A DNA stretch of 20,000 bases from the IMG/VR virus record IMGVR_UViG_3300030618_000013, one strand, 5' to 3'. Position 1 is the stretch's first letter. Each line of letters starts with the position of its first letter. Made by a program: the position numbers and the translations under genes. Of this stretch, positions 16,554-20,000 are shown in pieces. This DNA comes from an uncultured virus (IMG/VR IMGVR_UViG_3300030618_000013) (Duplodnaviria; Heunggongvirae; Uroviricota; Caudoviricetes). The notes below the pieces were generated by a model that saw only the letters and a list, made by a program, of their open reading frames with translations, had not been told where the DNA came from and searched no databases.

Positions 16554-16928
16554 ATGAATGATGTCACCACTATTGTGAGTGCGGTTGAAACCGCTGTACG
16601 CCTGGCTGTTGACGTGCCCTTTCTTTTGATTGGTTTAGTCCTAGGTGTCTTGGTCTACCGCTATTTGTTGCGTACCAATCCAACCCTGCTAGGTCACTTC
16701 CTGACCACCATCGACACGGACGTGCAGAAAGTAGCTTTAGACGTTGCATCGGCGGTCAAGAAAGAAGCAGCTAAGACTGAGACCAGTGCTGCGAGTGCGT
16801 CAGCTTCTGGTTCCGGTTCCACAAGTTCCGGCTCTATTGTTTCCTCAACTGTAGTTACGGTGCCTAGCGCCGTGTCTGAAACAACTATCGTTTCAAGTTC
16901 GCCGGATACTACGAGCGTTAGTAAATAA
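16554..16928 (+). CDS. single-pass membrane protein with Ser/Thr-rich tail
   Basis: AAGGA RBS; VPFLLIGLVLGVLVY transmembrane segment; low-complexity S/T/A C-terminus. Confidence 0.75.
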   Translation: MNDVTTIVSAVETAVRLAVDVPFLLIGLVLGVLVYRYLLRTNPTLLGHFLTTIDTDVQKVALDVASAVKKEAAKTETSAASASASGSGSTSSGSIVSSTVVTVPSAVSETTIVSSSPDTTSVSK

Positions 16929-16954
16929 GAGTAGGCCCTTTCATTTGTCAGTCC

Positions 16955-16991
16955 AGAGCCCATCCCTAATAAGGTGGGCTCTTTTCTATTT
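16955..16991 (+). terminator. Rho-independent terminator
   Basis: AGAGCCCAT / GTGGGCTCT stem followed by TTTCTATTT. Confidence 0.8.
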
Positions 16992-17081
16992 GCTGATCAG
17001 ATTTTGCAATCAGGATTGATAGCTTTGAGAATTGATGTACAATATTAAGTCCATGTCTTACCCTAATTTTTACGGAAACTT

Positions 17082-19994
17082 ATGCTAAAAGACAAGCTAA
17101 GGCCCAAATCGAATTTGGTGGTACCTCAGCACCTGAAGCTCAACCGACGTCTTATGGGTGAGCGCTTCATGCATTTCTACACAGAAAAATACAGTGGGAG
17201 TCCGTCTTTCTTTCTGACTACTTTGTGGGCGTCAACCTTCTTTCCTTCGATTGTTGCAGACCCACGCCGTGGCTCCAGTCGATTGTTGGCCGAAAAATTA
17301 AGAAAAATAAATCCGAAGACCTATTTATCAATCAACAAAGTAGACGATGCACATATTCCTCATTACGAGGTGTCATTGCCGCTGGCATCTTTTAGCAAGG
17401 ACACGTGGGGTGCGCCATTAGCCTTCTTGAAAGACTGGTTTCTGGGTGAGAAAACGCATGGTCCAGAAGCCAACATGCAGCAGGTTCAAGAGTACAAAGA
17501 ATTTGCTGAACTTTTGGGTGACGAATCCCTTTCTTTTGTGTCCACAAGAAGTGTCCCGGCAGCTACTGTTATCGCTAACCTGAAAGACATCAAGGCCACA
17601 ACTAAACAGGCGTTGCTCAATTGCTTCTTAGAATTAAAAGTCCAAGTTAGAGGACATCTGTACATCATTTTTGCGGACTTCAAAATAGCTAAGGACGAGG
17701 CCGAACAACTAACGACCACCGAGTGGTCTCAGATTCGTGACATCGATATCTATCCATTGATTCTGCACTGGGTAGGTTCAGGCTTTGGCGAACGAGGACT
17801 GCCTAGCACTGCTTCGTTTCCGATTTCGAAAATCGTGTTTGGCTTGCCTCCAGATCACGTTGAATCCGCTCGTACAAATAAGTACAATATTTCTATTTCA
17901 CCTGTTGGCGAACCCGAATTTATTCCTCTAACAGTAGATCGAAATAACGCAATTGTTTATGAAGATCGCTATGCACAGGCCGGGACTCACAACGATTGTT
18001 TTGCTTTATCTACTCTAGCCTCAGCTAACCTAGAATTAGGCTCACAAACTGACGCTAGGACGCAACTCCCACATAACATGGTGGTGGCCCTTGACTGGGT
18101 GAACAACAAATTTTCGTACACCAACACTCAGGGAAACTTGCATGTTGAGGACCTAACACGTCATCGCAAGGCAGATATTTCGCACATCCGTGAACTGTTG
18201 GACAACCGGTTTATTACGTCAGAAAAAGTAGACTGGTTTGCTCGCATGGGCAAGAGCGCAGGCATTGATCCCAATTTCTTTCGTTCATGCATTCAAGATT
18301 CGGATTTTGAGGGCCTAGCCCTAGAGCCGCAGCTTCAACATACATTTGATAGTGCGGCCGGTCCACAAGACTGGTTTAAAGCATCTGTGGTACTTCATCA
18401 AAGATATGAAGATCGATCATCAATTAAGTTTTCCGAAATAAGCGAAACAGGTTTCGGGCCATTCAGATCATTGGCCCGGTATTTCGCTATCCTTGAAACA
18501 GCTATCAATGAAAACCTGGAGGCCGTGTACACGAAATGGAGTGTAGCCTCTGTTACTGAAATGCTGCCCTGGCTAACCCTGATTGCTAAATATGCATCAC
18601 GGATGGAATGGGTACGCACCAATGATGAGGCCAATCGGTATGCAGCAATTAATCAGGGTGTTGATCCTGATTGGGAAATTCCAGCTATTCCGTTGCTGGC
18701 TCCGAATATTGGGTTCTTGCCGCATCAAAAGAAAGTACGCAATTTACTGAAGGACAGTCCTGACCTAGCAATTCTACCCGTACAAGCAGGGGGTGGAAAA
18801 AGTTTACTTCTTATCACCGACATATTGTACGAAATTAAAGAAAATTCAAATGATCCTTACATTGTTTTGTGCCCAGGTCATTTGGTATCGAACTACGTAA
18901 AAGAAGTTGCGTACTTTACTAACGGACAACTGAACGTATTGGCTATCACCAATTCTGCCATACGCCAGTTGGGATTCGCACGTCTGCAGACCCTGTTTGA
19001 GCAGGCACCACGTAACACCGTGGTGTTTGTTGCCTATGACACCCTGAGCTACGTGCCCAAGGGTTTCAATCGAATAATTAATTACGGAACGACCCCGATC
19101 CAGGTATTTCCTGTCATTGATTTCTTGCGTCAATTCGACTTCGGTTATTCAGCCTTAGACGAGGCCCATCGCGTCAAGAATAATACGGCGCGTACACGTG
19201 CAGCCATGATGTTGATCACAGACATTCCAAAGAAACGACTGGCGTCCGGAACCATGGTTCACGATTCGCCATCGGATTTAGCCCTCCAAATTATGGCTCT
19301 GGACCCAACGCTTTTTGGATCACGTGAGAACTTCAATAATACTTATGGCTTGATCGTCAAAAGTGACCGTGTAGTTGAATGGAAGCCTGGTGCCCAGGTC
19401 CAGATCATGCTTAAAATCAGATCCCGGATTGTAGAGGCCAGGGCTATGCGCAAGGAGTGGGCTGCATTATTGCCGTCCAAGCGCGAATGGATTGGTGGTG
19501 TGACTCTGACACCTAATCAGCAGAGCGTATACAACGATTTGCTGGCTGGCGCACTAAAGAAAATGCAAGAGGACTCGATCAAGGGTTCAAGGAAAAAGGC
19601 GCTGGCCTTGCGTAAATTCTTTGCCCAAGACGTCGAGGGCGAGGCACCTGAGGACTTTGACTACGATAATCCAGTAGACGAAGACTCAGGTGAGTTGACA
19701 GAGACTGCGATCATGCCTTATCTAGCAACTCTAGAACAATTCATCATTGCGCCGGGAAAGATCGCACCTGATCAACTACAGGGTGAAGATGCAATTAGCC
19801 CTAAGGTTCTAGCTATTCTTGAACGTGTACGCTTGCATATTTTCGGTGGCTTAATTACGGACCCTGATACTGGCGAGAAAGTCCAATACGGACCTTTTCC
19901 CGGCAAGGTCCTGATCTTCACCAACAACATTATTTCTGCTGAAGAAATCTATGAACTGGCAGGCCCAGAATTAAAAGAGTGCGGAATACTATAA
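17082..19994 (+). CDS. SNF2-like SF2 helicase/ATPase with long N-terminal extension; ends before motifs V/VI
   Basis: FLPHQK (Q motif), AGGGKS (I), VLCP (Ia), DEAH at 19158-19169 (II), ASGT (III), SPK...KVLIFT (IV), then TAA at 19992-19994. Confidence 0.85.
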   Translation: MLKDKLRPKSNLVVPQHLKLNRRLMGERFMHFYTEKYSGSPSFFLTTLWASTFFPSIVADPRRGSSRLLAEKLRKINPKTYLSINKVDDAHIPHYEVSLPLASFSKDTWGAPLAFLKDWFLGEKTHGPEANMQQVQEYKEFAELLGDESLSFVSTRSVPAATVIANLKDIKATTKQALLNCFLELKVQVRGHLYIIFADFKIAKDEAEQLTTTEWSQIRDIDIYPLILHWVGSGFGERGLPSTASFPISKIVFGLPPDHVESARTNKYNISISPVGEPEFIPLTVDRNNAIVYEDRYAQAGTHNDCFALSTLASANLELGSQTDARTQLPHNMVVALDWVNNKFSYTNTQGNLHVEDLTRHRKADISHIRELLDNRFITSEKVDWFARMGKSAGIDPNFFRSCIQDSDFEGLALEPQLQHTFDSAAGPQDWFKASVVLHQRYEDRSSIKFSEISETGFGPFRSLARYFAILETAINENLEAVYTKWSVASVTEMLPWLTLIAKYASRMEWVRTNDEANRYAAINQGVDPDWEIPAIPLLAPNIGFLPHQKKVRNLLKDSPDLAILPVQAGGGKSLLLITDILYEIKENSNDPYIVLCPGHLVSNYVKEVAYFTNGQLNVLAITNSAIRQLGFARLQTLFEQAPRNTVVFVAYDTLSYVPKGFNRIINYGTTPIQVFPVIDFLRQFDFGYSALDEAHRVKNNTARTRAAMMLITDIPKKRLASGTMVHDSPSDLALQIMALDPTLFGSRENFNNTYGLIVKSDRVVEWKPGAQVQIMLKIRSRIVEARAMRKEWAALLPSKREWIGGVTLTPNQQSVYNDLLAGALKKMQEDSIKGSRKKALALRKFFAQDVEGEAPEDFDYDNPVDEDSGELTETAIMPYLATLEQFIIAPGKIAPDQLQGEDAISPKVLAILERVRLHIFGGLITDPDTGEKVQYGPFPGKVLIFTNNIISAEEIYELAGPELKECGIL

Positions 19995-20000
19995 AAGGCT

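Noticed and set aside
16554..16928. Spanin call for the single-pass membrane protein
   Set aside because: No coiled-coil periplasmic domain and no overlapping lipoprotein ORF seen
14901..17292. Weak tag-like matches: VRAAQLK (HNH C-term), ETAVRLA (16554 gene), SSRLLA (helicase)
   Set aside because: They lack the A-A or R-L core spacing; could be chance and were not counted
476..19133. All minus-strand ORFs, and short alternative-frame + ORFs (13523, 14128, 15816), in the track
   Set aside because: They lie largely within or opposite well-supported + strand genes and have no motifs; treated as shadow ORFs
1..20000. Stop-codon reassignment as seen in some large phages
   Set aside because: Standard code gives dense, full-length genes ending in TAA, TAG and TGA; only the helicase is cut short, and by TAA
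1..20000. CRISPR array, tRNA/rRNA, integrase or transposase
   Set aside because: No regularly spaced repeats, cloverleaf/T-loop signatures or recombinase motifs seen; intergenic gaps are short

Overview
This is a gene-dense 20-kb segment of a large lytic (probably jumbo) bacteriophage genome, with every credible gene on the + strand. The ACP and homospermidine synthase look proteobacterial, so the host is probably a proteobacterium (inference). The left part (1-7.9 kb) holds small hypothetical genes plus auxiliary functions: a PC4-like ssDNA-binding protein, two acyl carrier proteins (one with the phosphopantetheine Ser replaced by Ala), a MazG/PRA-PH-like NTP pyrophosphohydrolase, homospermidine synthase, a Nudix hydrolase and dCMP deaminase. 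The right part (8-17 kb) looks like a late/virion module: probable neck proteins, a GNAT-like protein, a holin-like protein, a PKD-domain protein and a small HNH nuclease. It is followed by a SNF2-like helicase that stops prematurely at the window edge. The most striking unexplained signal is a short peptide tag, [VITL]-x-A-A-[QSL]-R-[LI]-x-A. It occurs 11 times in 9 otherwise unrelated proteins, nearly always at a terminus, with synonymously variable codons, and is often followed by a [VIM]-[EY]-A tripeptide. It is a candidate protein-sorting (capsid-targeting/propeptide) signal that is even attached to metabolic enzymes. All family calls come from motif recognition by eye; no searches were run.
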